This document shows positions 1 through 8,553 of a DNA stretch of 64,000 nt, piece by piece. This DNA comes from an uncultured bacterium. Lineage in GTDB: Bacteria; Zixibacteria; MSB-5A5; UBA10806. The notes beneath the pieces are model-generated. The model did no database searches, was not told the DNA's origin, and saw nothing but the letters and a program-made list of their open reading frames with translations. Numbering within the stretch: position 1 is the stretch's first letter; every line of letters begins with the position of its first letter. The stretch spans positions 160,001 to 224,000 of the forward strand of contig CBEUCH010000003.1 in assembly GCA_965541585.1 (NCBI GenBank), written 5' to 3'. The position numbers and the translations under genes were made by a program.

Positions 1-387
1 ATTGTCGGGGACAATATTCATTTGGTCTGGGCCGATTTTGGCCAGACATCTGGCTCAGGGATTTTCTATAGCCGGTGGGAGGAGGAGGTTGGAGTTGATG
101 ATCACGGATATCGTTTTATGCCAGGTGCTGTCAGTCTATCGGCGTACCCGAATCCCTTCAACTCGTTTACTACAATAACATACAACGGTTTAAAAGGAGG
201 TGACATTGAGATTTACAATCTAGCCGGACAGAAAATTAAATTTCTAAAACCCGGAAACATCAAGGAGGGACAAATAGTATGGGACGCCCGTGATGCCCTG
301 GGAAATAAGGTCTCATCCGGAATCTATTTCGCCAGAGCGGGAGGGGCGATTAATTATTCCGTAATGAAGTTGATATATTTAAAATAA
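1..387 (+). CDS. Partial CDS (5' end outside window): secreted protein with C-terminal FlgD-Ig/T9SS type A-like sorting domain
   Basis: Frame open from base 1; AYPNPFNS...IEIYNLAGQKI...WDARDALGNKVSSGIYF...KLIYLK tail. Confidence 0.85.
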   Translation: MVGDNIHLVWADFGQTSGSGIFYSRWEEEVGVDDHGYRFMPGAVSLSAYPNPFNSFTTITYNGLKGGDIEIYNLAGQKIKFLKPGNIKEGQIVWDARDALGNKVSSGIYFARAGGAINYSVMKLIYLK

Positions 388-404
388 TATAATGATGCTT
401 GTTT

Positions 405-432
405 GTAGGGGTTTGATTAATCAAACCCCTAC
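405..432. repeat. Perfect 28-bp GTAG-type palindrome (REP-like; may also act as terminator)
   Basis: GTAGGGGTTTGATT/AATCAAACCCCTAC is exactly self-complementary. Confidence 0.75.
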
Positions 433-476
433 CGAGACTACACTAAAACAACTGTATTTGAAGTAAAGAGTAGTTA

Positions 477-539
477 TGTCATTCCCGCGGAAGTCCTACG
501 GCCTACGGCCCGTAGGGATCTGTAGGACGGGAAACCAGA
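477..539 (+). repeat. Left palindromic repeat TGTCATTCCCG...CGGGAAACCAGA with an inserted nested hairpin
   Basis: Same ends as copies at 834-864 (inverted) and 954-982. Confidence 0.7.
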
Positions 540-544
540 TTATT

Positions 545-832
545 ATGAAGCAATATTATGTTTACATACTGGCTAGCAAACGAAATGGAACTCTGTACAT
601 CGGAGTCTCATCTGATCTCATAAGGCGTATATACGAGCATAAAAACAACCTTATCCCGGGATTCACGTCTAAGTATAATGTTCACCATCTCGTATATTAT
701 GAGCTGTATGCCGATATCGAGACAGCTCTCAGGCGTGAAAAACAGTTGAAAAAATGGAACAGGAAATGGAAACTCGATCTTATCGAAGACCATAATCCGG
801 ATTGGAATGATTTATACGAGGAGTTGCTGTGA
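545..832 (+). CDS. GIY-YIG nuclease family protein (stand-alone, 95 aa)
   Basis: YYVYILASKRNGTLYIGVSSDLIRRIYEH...REKQLKKWNRKWK...NPDWNDL; ATG at 545 preferred over 476, which lies in the repeat. Confidence 0.9.
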   Translation: MKQYYVYILASKRNGTLYIGVSSDLIRRIYEHKNNLIPGFTSKYNVHHLVYYELYADIETALRREKQLKKWNRKWKLDLIEDHNPDWNDLYEELL

Positions 833-833
833 T

Positions 834-864
834 TCTGGATTCCCGATCGGTGTCGGGAATGACA
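834..864 (-). repeat. Right palindromic repeat, inverted relative to 477-539
   Basis: Reverse complement TGTCATTCCCGACACCGATCGGGAATCCAGA. Confidence 0.75.
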
Positions 865-953
865 ACGATGATCTTGTGTGGGGTCAAGCTCCCTGATCCG
901 TCACATCAAACCACGAGCTGATGTCGTCTTCAATCATAAGAAATACGTATTCA

Positions 954-1026
954 TGTCATTCCCGCGCACGCGGGAATCCAGAAACGTTGGCTCCCCTCAT
1001 GGATCCTTGCTTTCGCAGGGATGACA
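954..1026. repeat. Inverted doublet of the same repeat without cargo (REPIN/MITE-like)
   Basis: TGTCATTCCCGCGCACGCGGGAATCCAGA-N17-TGGATCCTTGCTTTCGCAGGGATGACA. Confidence 0.75.
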
Positions 1027-1090
1027 CAGGAGATGACCATTAGTAGCCTTTCTCACCTCGCTGTGACCGCTATGAAATGTGTCGCTTCTA

Positions 1091-1540
1091 CTATTCCCTC
1101 AGCCCCTCCAGGTCCCTCGCCCTGATACGGAAAAGCTGATACCCAATTAGCGAAATAGCAATGAAAAGAAGCAACACCTCGAGTTCACTCCCCAGGATCA
1201 CCGCCACCAGCCCGTGGACCGATATCGCCGAACAGATGGCGGTGATAACTATAGTAACCGGCATAAGCTGCCTGTAATCGAATGCCCGGCCCTCGGCCGG
1301 CGGTTTGATTTTCGACAACATCGATCTTTTCACGATCTGCATGACAGCCAGCTCTGAAACGGCCACTATGAAGAGGACATTACGGATCAGGTTACTCTTC
1401 GCCTGCATAATCCCACCCGATTGCGCGATCAGGTAGCCGGTGATCAAAACGGCTATATCGCACCCTATTACGATATAGAGAGAAATAGACGACAGCTTTG
1501 ACAGAATCTCATAGTCATCCTGCGGTGAATGATCTGTCAT
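1091..1540 (-). CDS. Hypothetical integral membrane protein (about 4 TM)
   Basis: ATG overlaps tadA stop (ATGA); four hydrophobic segments. Confidence 0.7.
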   Translation of the reverse strand: MTDHSPQDDYEILSKLSSISLYIVIGCDIAVLITGYLIAQSGGIMQAKSNLIRNVLFIVAVSELAVMQIVKRSMLSKIKPPAEGRAFDYRQLMPVTIVITAICSAISVHGLVAVILGSELEVLLLFIAISLIGYQLFRIRARDLEGLRE

Positions 1541-2022
1541 TGTGTTTTCTTCCGTTTCTTTTTGAAAAACTCCTGCATCAGGCCGGCGCATTCGTTTTTG
1601 AGGATTCCGGTGGAGAGAGCCATTGTGTGATTCAGTTCTTTGCTCTGTACGATATTGAAAATCGAACCGCAGGCGCCGAATTTGGGATCGGGCGCACCGA
1701 ATACCAATCTCTCAATTCTGGCAAGTACTAATGCTCCCGCGCACATGGCGCAGGGTTCTACCGTGCAATATACGGTGCAGCCGGAAAGCCTCCATGAACC
1801 GAGATTCTCCGAGGCCGAGGTTATGGCCAGAATCTCAGCATGAGCCGTAGGGTCCTGCAGCGATTCCGTGCGGTTATGACCCCGCCCTATGATGACGCCC
1901 TCATGAACAATGACGCAACCGACAGGCACCTCGTCGGCCGCAAACGCTTTTTCGGCCTCCTTCAGCGCTTCATGCATGAATCTCTGGTCAAATTCGATCT
2001 CGCCTGCTCGGGATTCAATCAT
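1537..2022 (-). CDS. tadA: tRNA adenosine(34) deaminase
   Basis: EVPVG, DPTAHAEI and EPCAMC zinc-deaminase motifs. Confidence 0.95.
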   Translation of the reverse strand: MIESRAGEIEFDQRFMHEALKEAEKAFAADEVPVGCVIVHEGVIIGRGHNRTESLQDPTAHAEILAITSASENLGSWRLSGCTVYCTVEPCAMCAGALVLARIERLVFGAPDPKFGACGSIFNIVQSKELNHTMALSTGILKNECAGLMQEFFKKKRKKTQ

Positions 2023-2147
2023 ATTGTTCTATTTATGTCGATCAAAATGAAAAATCAAACTGATTATTGGAGTTGCCGCGGCGTATTTAATCTCATATAT
2101 AGGCTTACTGTTAGCCGGATTTTAGCAACCGGTAAAGTGGTGAATGG

Positions 2148-2951
2148 ATGTATTCGTTAAGCAAAAGATTACTGGATGCTTTAGAGGCCTACAGGAAGAA
2201 GGACACTGAGGCCTCAAAAAAGGCGCACTCGGCCGATCGAATAAAAGCCGCTTTCGAGGAACATAAGACTGAAACCGGCGCCTATATCGGCGAAGCGGTT
2301 TACGGTGCCCTGGACGGCATTGTAACCACCTTTGCAGTGGTGGCAGGAGTGGAGGGAGCCCGGCTTTCCTCGGGGATCGTGCTGATACTCGGATTCGCCA
2401 ATCTGATCGGAGATGGCCTTTCTATGGGCGTTGGAAGTTATCTCTCAACCAAATCCAGGCGGGAATATGAAAGTAGCGAACGAGAGCGAGAGTGCTGGGA
2501 GGTGGAAAACTATCCCGATGGCGAGATAGTAGAAATAAGAGAGATTTACAAAAGAAAAGGATTTACCGGGCAGGACCTCGATCGGGCGGTGGAGATAATC
2601 ACATCCAATAAAGAAATCTGGGTAGAGACCATGATGCAGGAGGAACTTGGAATTGTGGGGGAGAGCAGTCACCCCTTTTTCAACGGGCTTTCGACGTTTG
2701 TCTCATTTATCGTGGCCGGTTTTATCCCGCTTTTGTTTTTTGTTATGGCCTTGGCGGTTCCGAATCTGAAGCAGTATACATTCTCCATGTCGGTGTTCTT
2801 GACAGGCCTGACCCTGTTCGTCGTCGGATCGTTAAGAGTGCTGGTAACGCGAACAAGCTGGTGGCGATCAGGCCTGGAGATGCTGACAGTCGGCGGCGCT
2901 GCAGCCCTGGGCGCTTATCTTGTGGGCTATATCCTCCGGGGATTGGCCTGA
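2148..2951 (+). CDS. VIT1/CCC1 family Fe/Mn transporter
   Basis: VYGALDGIVTTFAVVAG, GFANLIGDGLSMGVG, acidic cytosolic loop, MMQEELG. Confidence 0.9.
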   Translation: MYSLSKRLLDALEAYRKKDTEASKKAHSADRIKAAFEEHKTETGAYIGEAVYGALDGIVTTFAVVAGVEGARLSSGIVLILGFANLIGDGLSMGVGSYLSTKSRREYESSERERECWEVENYPDGEIVEIREIYKRKGFTGQDLDRAVEIITSNKEIWVETMMQEELGIVGESSHPFFNGLSTFVSFIVAGFIPLLFFVMALAVPNLKQYTFSMSVFLTGLTLFVVGSLRVLVTRTSWWRSGLEMLTVGGAAALGAYLVGYILRGLA

Positions 2952-2972
2952 TTCTCCAAGGCCGAATGACTA

Positions 2973-3311
2973 TTATTCGAAGCTACGTACCGCTTCTTCG
3001 ACACTGTCGTAATCCTCAAAAGCGGTGATCAGCCTGGTTAGTATCAAAAGAGATTTCACTTTTTCCGCAATAGCCGCCAACCTCAGTTCTCCGTCGTTGT
3101 TGCGCATGGTAGTCAGCCCGGAAATCAAAATGCCGAGCCCTCTGGAGTTTATCCAATCGACTTTCGAGAGATCGAGAACGATCTTTTTTCTATTCTGCTC
3201 AATGAGCTCTCTAAGCTTATCATAAAAGAGGGAATCGTCCTGCCCTCCCATAATATTTCCCTTAAGCTCGATAACGGTAACCTCATTCTCCTGGCGGTCG
3301 GAAAGCTTCAT
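2973..3311 (-). CDS. STAS-domain anti-sigma-factor antagonist
   Basis: VLDLSKVDWINSRGLGILI motif; RBS AGGAG. Confidence 0.9.
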   Translation of the reverse strand: MKLSDRQENEVTVIELKGNIMGGQDDSLFYDKLRELIEQNRKKIVLDLSKVDWINSRGLGILISGLTTMRNNDGELRLAAIAEKVKSLLILTRLITAFEDYDSVEEAVRSFE

Positions 3312-3580
3312 GGCACACTCCTATCTGTAATCATTGCGTTTGCATTCTCCCGGTAACTTAAACCACAGAAAAACATTGATAGATCCAAACCTCGAACTTA
3401 TCGGACAGCAGGTTTGTATCTATCATCGCAAGAATATACTCAAATATCCTGCTACGCAATAGTTTTTTCTAAATCGATATCATCAGAACAGAGGCCACAG
3501 TCACTGACAGAAGGTTTTCAATTTGGCTCTTAACATGCGTATCGTGTTCTGCAATTGAGGGCCAGGCTATCGATTCCTGC

Positions 3581-3610
3581 AAAATAAAAGGGGAGCCGTA
3601 TGGCTCCCCT
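3581..3610 (-). terminator. Intrinsic terminator of the FG-GAP gene
   Basis: AGGGGAGCC-N4-GGCTCCCCT stem followed by TTTATTTT on minus strand. Confidence 0.75.
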
Positions 3611-3635
3611 CTGGCTTATCTTAAACCGAGAGATC

Positions 3636-5348
3636 TTACTTCAACAGCACCGACCTCCTGGTCTCGATATAATCGCCCGCTTGAATCCTCTGGAAATAGA
3701 TACCTGTCGATTTATCTTCGGCATTCCAAATAATCTGATGATAGCCTGCTGGCTGCTGTTCATTGATAATGGTCTCGATCTTACGGCCGAGAATATCGAA
3801 GATGTCGATAGTCACGTTACAGGCTTCAGCCAGATTGTATCGTATGATAGTAGAGGCGTTGAATGGATTGGGATAGTTTTGCTCGAGTGAAAACTGACCG
3901 GGTAGACTTTCCACATCATCAATACCGGTACCGCCTTCATTCAAGAAGACCGAAATATTACCTGCTATAACGTTCGCAGTCGCCAGGTCGAGACCGCCAT
4001 TGCCGTCAAGATCGGCGGCAAATATGGAGACGGGGCGAGCATCGGTCGGGTAAGAATCCGGGGTTGCGAAAGTGCCATCACCATTATTCAAGAGAACAGA
4101 GATGTTATTGGTAGCACGATTGGCCGTTGTCAGGTCGATGTCGCCGTCACCGTCAAAGTCAGCGGCGCAAATTGACCGGGGCCTGTTTCCGACCGAATAG
4201 GCAGTTCCCGGAGCGAACGTGCCGTCACCGTTGTTCATTAAAACCGAAATATCGTTAGAGTTGAAGTTCGCTGCAGCCAGATCGAGATCACCATTCCCGT
4301 CAAGATCCGCAGCATATACCGAAACAGGATTTGTACCGACCGTGTAATCGGCATGGGACGCGAAAGTGCCATCGCCATTATTTATCAAAATAGAGACGTC
4401 GTCGGAATTGCGGTTTGCCGTTGCCAGATCGAGGTTGCCGTCGCCATCAAAATCTGCGGCAAAGACTGACCAGGGATTGGTCCCCACCGGATAAGCTGAA
4501 TGAGAAGCGAAGGTACCGTCCCCGTTGTTCATTATAACGGAGACATCGGTAGTATCGATATTCGCCGTGGCCAGATCCAGATCGCCGTCGCCGTCAAGGT
4601 CGGCAGCAAATATTGATGCAGGGGCGTTTCCAACAAAATAATCCGAATCTTGCACGAATGTGCCATCCCCGCTGTTCATCAAAACCGAGACACTGTCGGT
4701 GCCCCGATTCGCTACCGCCAGGTCGATGTCGCCGTCGCCGTCAAAATCGGCGGCAGAGACCGACCAGGGACTGGTTCCCACCGGATAGGTTGATTCAGGT
4801 GCGAAGGAGCCGTCTCCATTGTTTATAAGAATCGAGACGATGTCAGAAGCACGATCGGCCGTCGCCAGGTCCAGGTTGCCATCCCTGTCAAAGTCAGCTG
4901 CAGCGACTGCCATAGGCTCGCTTCCCACGGAATAAGTCGAACCTTCCGCGAAGGTGCCCGAGCCTCCTCCCGCAACAATCGTGAATGACCAGGCAAATTC
5001 GTCGGCCAGAGGCACTCCCCCGGAAGATTGTATGCCTGCTGTCAGAACTGCAGTCACAACCTCGCCGACCACGAAATCATCCAGCGGATCAAAAGATGCG
5101 GTTCTGGTCGGATCGTCATACGTTATCACACCTTCATGCGATCCCGTACTTACAGCGTTGACAACAAATGTCGCATTGTTTATTGTGGCCCCATCCATTT
5201 GAATATCAAACGTTACCGAGATGTTTGTATTCCCGGGCACGTTCAGTTCATTTTGTGTCGGCGAAACCGACACTACCTGCGGTGCCTGAGCGTAAACCAC
5301 GCCGGCAGAACAGACCGATGCAATGACAACCGTTAGAAAACTCTTCAT
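3636..5348 (-). CDS. Secreted FG-GAP/VCBS repeat protein with N-terminal Ig-like domain and T9SS-like C-terminal domain
   Basis: Signal peptide; seven AAD(F/L)DxxGxxDL repeats; QNYPNPFNA tail; GGAGG RBS before ATG 5348. Confidence 0.9.
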   Translation of the reverse strand: MKSFLTVVIASVCSAGVVYAQAPQVVSVSPTQNELNVPGNTNISVTFDIQMDGATINNATFVVNAVSTGSHEGVITYDDPTRTASFDPLDDFVVGEVVTAVLTAGIQSSGGVPLADEFAWSFTIVAGGGSGTFAEGSTYSVGSEPMAVAAADFDRDGNLDLATADRASDIVSILINNGDGSFAPESTYPVGTSPWSVSAADFDGDGDIDLAVANRGTDSVSVLMNSGDGTFVQDSDYFVGNAPASIFAADLDGDGDLDLATANIDTTDVSVIMNNGDGTFASHSAYPVGTNPWSVFAADFDGDGNLDLATANRNSDDVSILINNGDGTFASHADYTVGTNPVSVYAADLDGNGDLDLAAANFNSNDISVLMNNGDGTFAPGTAYSVGNRPRSICAADFDGDGDIDLTTANRATNNISVLLNNGDGTFATPDSYPTDARPVSIFAADLDGNGGLDLATANVIAGNISVFLNEGGTGIDDVESLPGQFSLEQNYPNPFNASTIIRYNLAEACNVTIDIFDILGRKIETIINEQQPAGYHQIIWNAEDKSTGIYFQRIQAGDYIETRRSVLLK

Positions 5349-5781
5349 ACGTTCAACCTCCATGTCGACACCTTCAAAAAGGGTAATTTCCCCACTGGTG
5401 TGCTGTTTAGGTCCTATCTGTTATAGATGAAAGCAAATTGGCGACTATTTCAAATTTCCTTTCTACATTTCCCCAAAAATACCCTGATGATTATGGCAGG
5501 ATTATAGGCTCTGCTGTCTGTCACAATCACCGAATTCCCCCGAAGTACTCCTTAGGGGGACTTTATTATGAATATATAAAAATATACTGATTTGGCAATG
5601 AATATTTCCGGAAATGCTGTTACTCAAATCCCGCAACGAGTATAATAATCTTTGGTGCGCGGTTTTGACAGCTCTCCAAACATCAGCATAACTCTTTAAC
5701 TTTCAAGGAATTAAACCGATTTCGGCCTTGCGGTTCCGGGGATATATCAATTCCCCGCTAATTCAGGGCAGAAAAATATAC

Positions 5782-7479
5782 TTATTTCAACAACACCATC
5801 TTTCTTGTCTCGTCATAATCACCGGCTTCAATCCTGTAAAAGTAAATACCGGTAACAGCGTTTTCGGCATCCCATATAACCTGATGACGGCCGGCTTGTT
5901 GTTGTGCATGGACCAGCGTCTCAATCCTGCGGCCGAGGATGTCGTAGATTTCGACAGTAACATCGGCAGAATAAGGCAGGTTGTATTTTATTGTCGTCGT
6001 TGCGTTGAACGGATTGGGGTAATTGGAGAATAAGGCAAATACATATGGAATCTCATCGATCCCTTCAGCAATATCTGTAGGATATCGCTCAATTGGATCG
6101 CCGGGCGTCATATCTCGACCCTCAAAGCCCGGGAAATCGGGGGCGTATCGCTGGGTCCAGAAAACGATATTGCCTAGCGGCTCTTCGCCCTGAAACATAG
6201 GACCGTCTGAGTTCACCGGATTTATGTACAGCCAGACGATTTCTTCTTCTGGTGTAATCTCAAAAAACTCCCCGTTCCGACCGTCGCAAATAAGGGTATT
6301 ACCGTCGGGGAGGCGATGAGCTCCCGAAATACTCTGGGAGTAAAAATCAAACGGATCTTCGGCGGTGTAAATCCAGGTCGGTTCCTCGGGTCCGTAGGGG
6401 AGACCGGGAATCAGAATATAGTTTCCTTCATTATCTATAGGCGGCTCGATCTCGTCAACCGTCGAATAATTCCCTTCTGGACGGTTCCTGCCGTTGTTAA
6501 AAATAGTGATGTTCCCCTCTCCGGGACGTCCTGGCTCCACCCATCTGGCATCGTGCTGTGAATAGAGTTTCCGATCGTCGTCGTCTCCGGCCCTGTATCC
6601 CTGTGGATTTCCCCACCTGTAAAGAAAATCGCCGCCCTTGCCGTATCTGCCGCCGGTGTGTCCCGCGGCCTCTTCGGTCGTAGTGCTATGATCGATTACA
6701 TAGATCTCATATTGGGTATGCGAACTAACTAATAGTTGATCCAGATCTTCGTTATAATCGATGGAGTTTAGGTGATTCCAGTCGCGGTTTCCGCGATTGC
6801 CGCCCGGCCGGGGATCGAAATTAATATCGAGCAGTTCGGGATGATCCTCAACTACGTCGTAATTGTTCTTCGTTTCGTCAAAATCCTGAATCAAATGATC
6901 CCACATATGCCATTCCCAGACTATGTTCCCGCCGGATTGGCCGTCCGGCTCCACTTCGATAATATGGTCCGGCCATAATTTACCTGATGACAACAGATCG
7001 GGATCGCGGCCCGCTTCAATCGCCTCGTCCCCGGATTTAAGCTCCCAGGCGATCATGAGTACATTACCGTTCGGCAGCGGCTCGATATCATGATGCGGAT
7101 AATACAGCTCGCTTGCATACTCGAATTCCCATACGATCGTTCCGTCCCAGGCAATTTCCTGAACAATTCCGCCCGAACCGCCGGTGAAAGGAAATTCATC
7201 GTTGCCGCCAAGTTTGCCCGGGCGCAGAAGATTGCCATTTTCGAGCAAACAGGCCGCCATCGCCGGGCGATACTCGCTTTCCCATGAATTGATCAGTAAC
7301 CCGTCATTGTCTATCAGGTATGCAACTGTATACGGCATAGGCGAAAAAAGGGTATATCCCACGAATGCATCGTCCTCATTGATAAGCAACCCCATAGTTC
7401 TCTCCTGGGCTCCGGCCAGAACGAATGCAAACAGGGTGACCACAAAAAGAAGCAATACGCCAGACTTCACTCTTGTCAT
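5782..7479 (-). CDS. Aryl-sulfate sulfotransferase family protein with T9SS-like C-terminal domain
   Basis: HHDIEPLPNGN, WNHLNSIDY, YRWGNP, QHDA, SISGAHRLPDGNTLI; NYPNPFNA tail; signal peptide. Confidence 0.85.
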   Translation of the reverse strand: MTRVKSGVLLLFVVTLFAFVLAGAQERTMGLLINEDDAFVGYTLFSPMPYTVAYLIDNDGLLINSWESEYRPAMAACLLENGNLLRPGKLGGNDEFPFTGGSGGIVQEIAWDGTIVWEFEYASELYYPHHDIEPLPNGNVLMIAWELKSGDEAIEAGRDPDLLSSGKLWPDHIIEVEPDGQSGGNIVWEWHMWDHLIQDFDETKNNYDVVEDHPELLDINFDPRPGGNRGNRDWNHLNSIDYNEDLDQLLVSSHTQYEIYVIDHSTTTEEAAGHTGGRYGKGGDFLYRWGNPQGYRAGDDDDRKLYSQHDARWVEPGRPGEGNITIFNNGRNRPEGNYSTVDEIEPPIDNEGNYILIPGLPYGPEEPTWIYTAEDPFDFYSQSISGAHRLPDGNTLICDGRNGEFFEITPEEEIVWLYINPVNSDGPMFQGEEPLGNIVFWTQRYAPDFPGFEGRDMTPGDPIERYPTDIAEGIDEIPYVFALFSNYPNPFNATTTIKYNLPYSADVTVEIYDILGRRIETLVHAQQQAGRHQVIWDAENAVTGIYFYRIEAGDYDETRKMVLLK

Positions 7480-7893
7480 TCTAAACTCCTTACAAAAATA
7501 AGAGCAGTACTTAAAGCCGACTTTTCGAGACGCATTTTCGAAGTAAAATTAACGTCTTCAATGGCAATATAAGTTGATTATCGGAAAAAACAAGCGTTTT
7601 CAGGTTACATGAAACGTCCCGTTAAATGCCGGGCAAGGCCTTGCAAAGACGGCTGAGTTCGGCGGTTAGAAAATATCGGGCAAACAGGCGTAATAAAACG
7701 TTGCCAGGGCGCCTTTTCTATCTTCATTACTGGAAGCGCTTGAATGATCCATTCACCGTAGGATTTTATAATATTGAAATTATCAGGCGTATCTGAATAT
7801 TAGATATAACTTTATATTACCTCTTGCAAAATCGGGAAATTTCGGCTAATTGATTCAAAGATAAGTATGACTTTTTAATAGGATTGCGAACAG

Positions 7894-8553
7894 GTGAAAG
7901 GCGACAAGCTCGTATTACAGGAAGGCCATATCAGGGCCGGCCGGCAAATAGCAAAGCTGCTTCTCCCGCAGATTGCAACTGCAGAGGGCAAATTTATCAT
8001 CTCTATCGCAGGTGAATCCGGATGCGGTAAGTCGGAAATCGCCTCCGTCCTCGCTGAATCGCTCTTTAAAAAAGACATAAACTGCATAATCCTACAGCAG
8101 GACGATTATTTCGTATATCCTCCGAAAACCAATGCCGCCATGCGCAAAAAAGATCTCCGGCAAGTTGGTGTTTCTGAAGTCCGCCTTGAATCGCTCGATC
8201 AAAACCTGAAAGATATCGTGGAGGGGGAGACCAGGATCGAAAAGCCGCTGGTGATATTCGATGAGGATCGAATTGAACAGGAGACAATAAAGCTTGAAGG
8301 GATCAAAGTGGTAATAGTCGAAGGAACCTATACTACCGTTCTGAGAAATGTGCACCGGCATATTTTCATCGACCGGACATATATTGATACTAGGGAATCG
8401 CGCCAGCAGAGGGCAAGGGAGAGGCAGGATGATTTTCTCGAGAAGATACTTGTGATAGAGCACGAGATTATAGCTGCGCATAAGCCCCGAGCCGATATAA
8501 TCGTAACAAAGAATTATGAAGTGAAGATGGATGATGAGAAAAAACAAGATTAA
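7894..8553 (+). CDS. Uridine kinase/phosphoribulokinase-like P-loop protein
   Basis: IAGESGCGKS Walker A, QDDYF, VIVEGTY. Confidence 0.75.
   Translation: MKGDKLVLQEGHIRAGRQIAKLLLPQIATAEGKFIISIAGESGCGKSEIASVLAESLFKKDINCIILQQDDYFVYPPKTNAAMRKKDLRQVGVSEVRLESLDQNLKDIVEGETRIEKPLVIFDEDRIEQETIKLEGIKVVIVEGTYTTVLRNVHRHIFIDRTYIDTRESRQQRARERQDDFLEKILVIEHEIIAAHKPRADIIVTKNYEVKMDDEKKQD

Noticed and set aside
476..544. N-terminal extension of the GIY-YIG ORF
   Set aside because: It is translated repeat sequence; the domain starts at ATG 545.
7660..7720. c-di-GMP-I riboswitch from GGCAAAC...GGGCGC
   Set aside because: No GNRA-capped stem or following GCAAA element.
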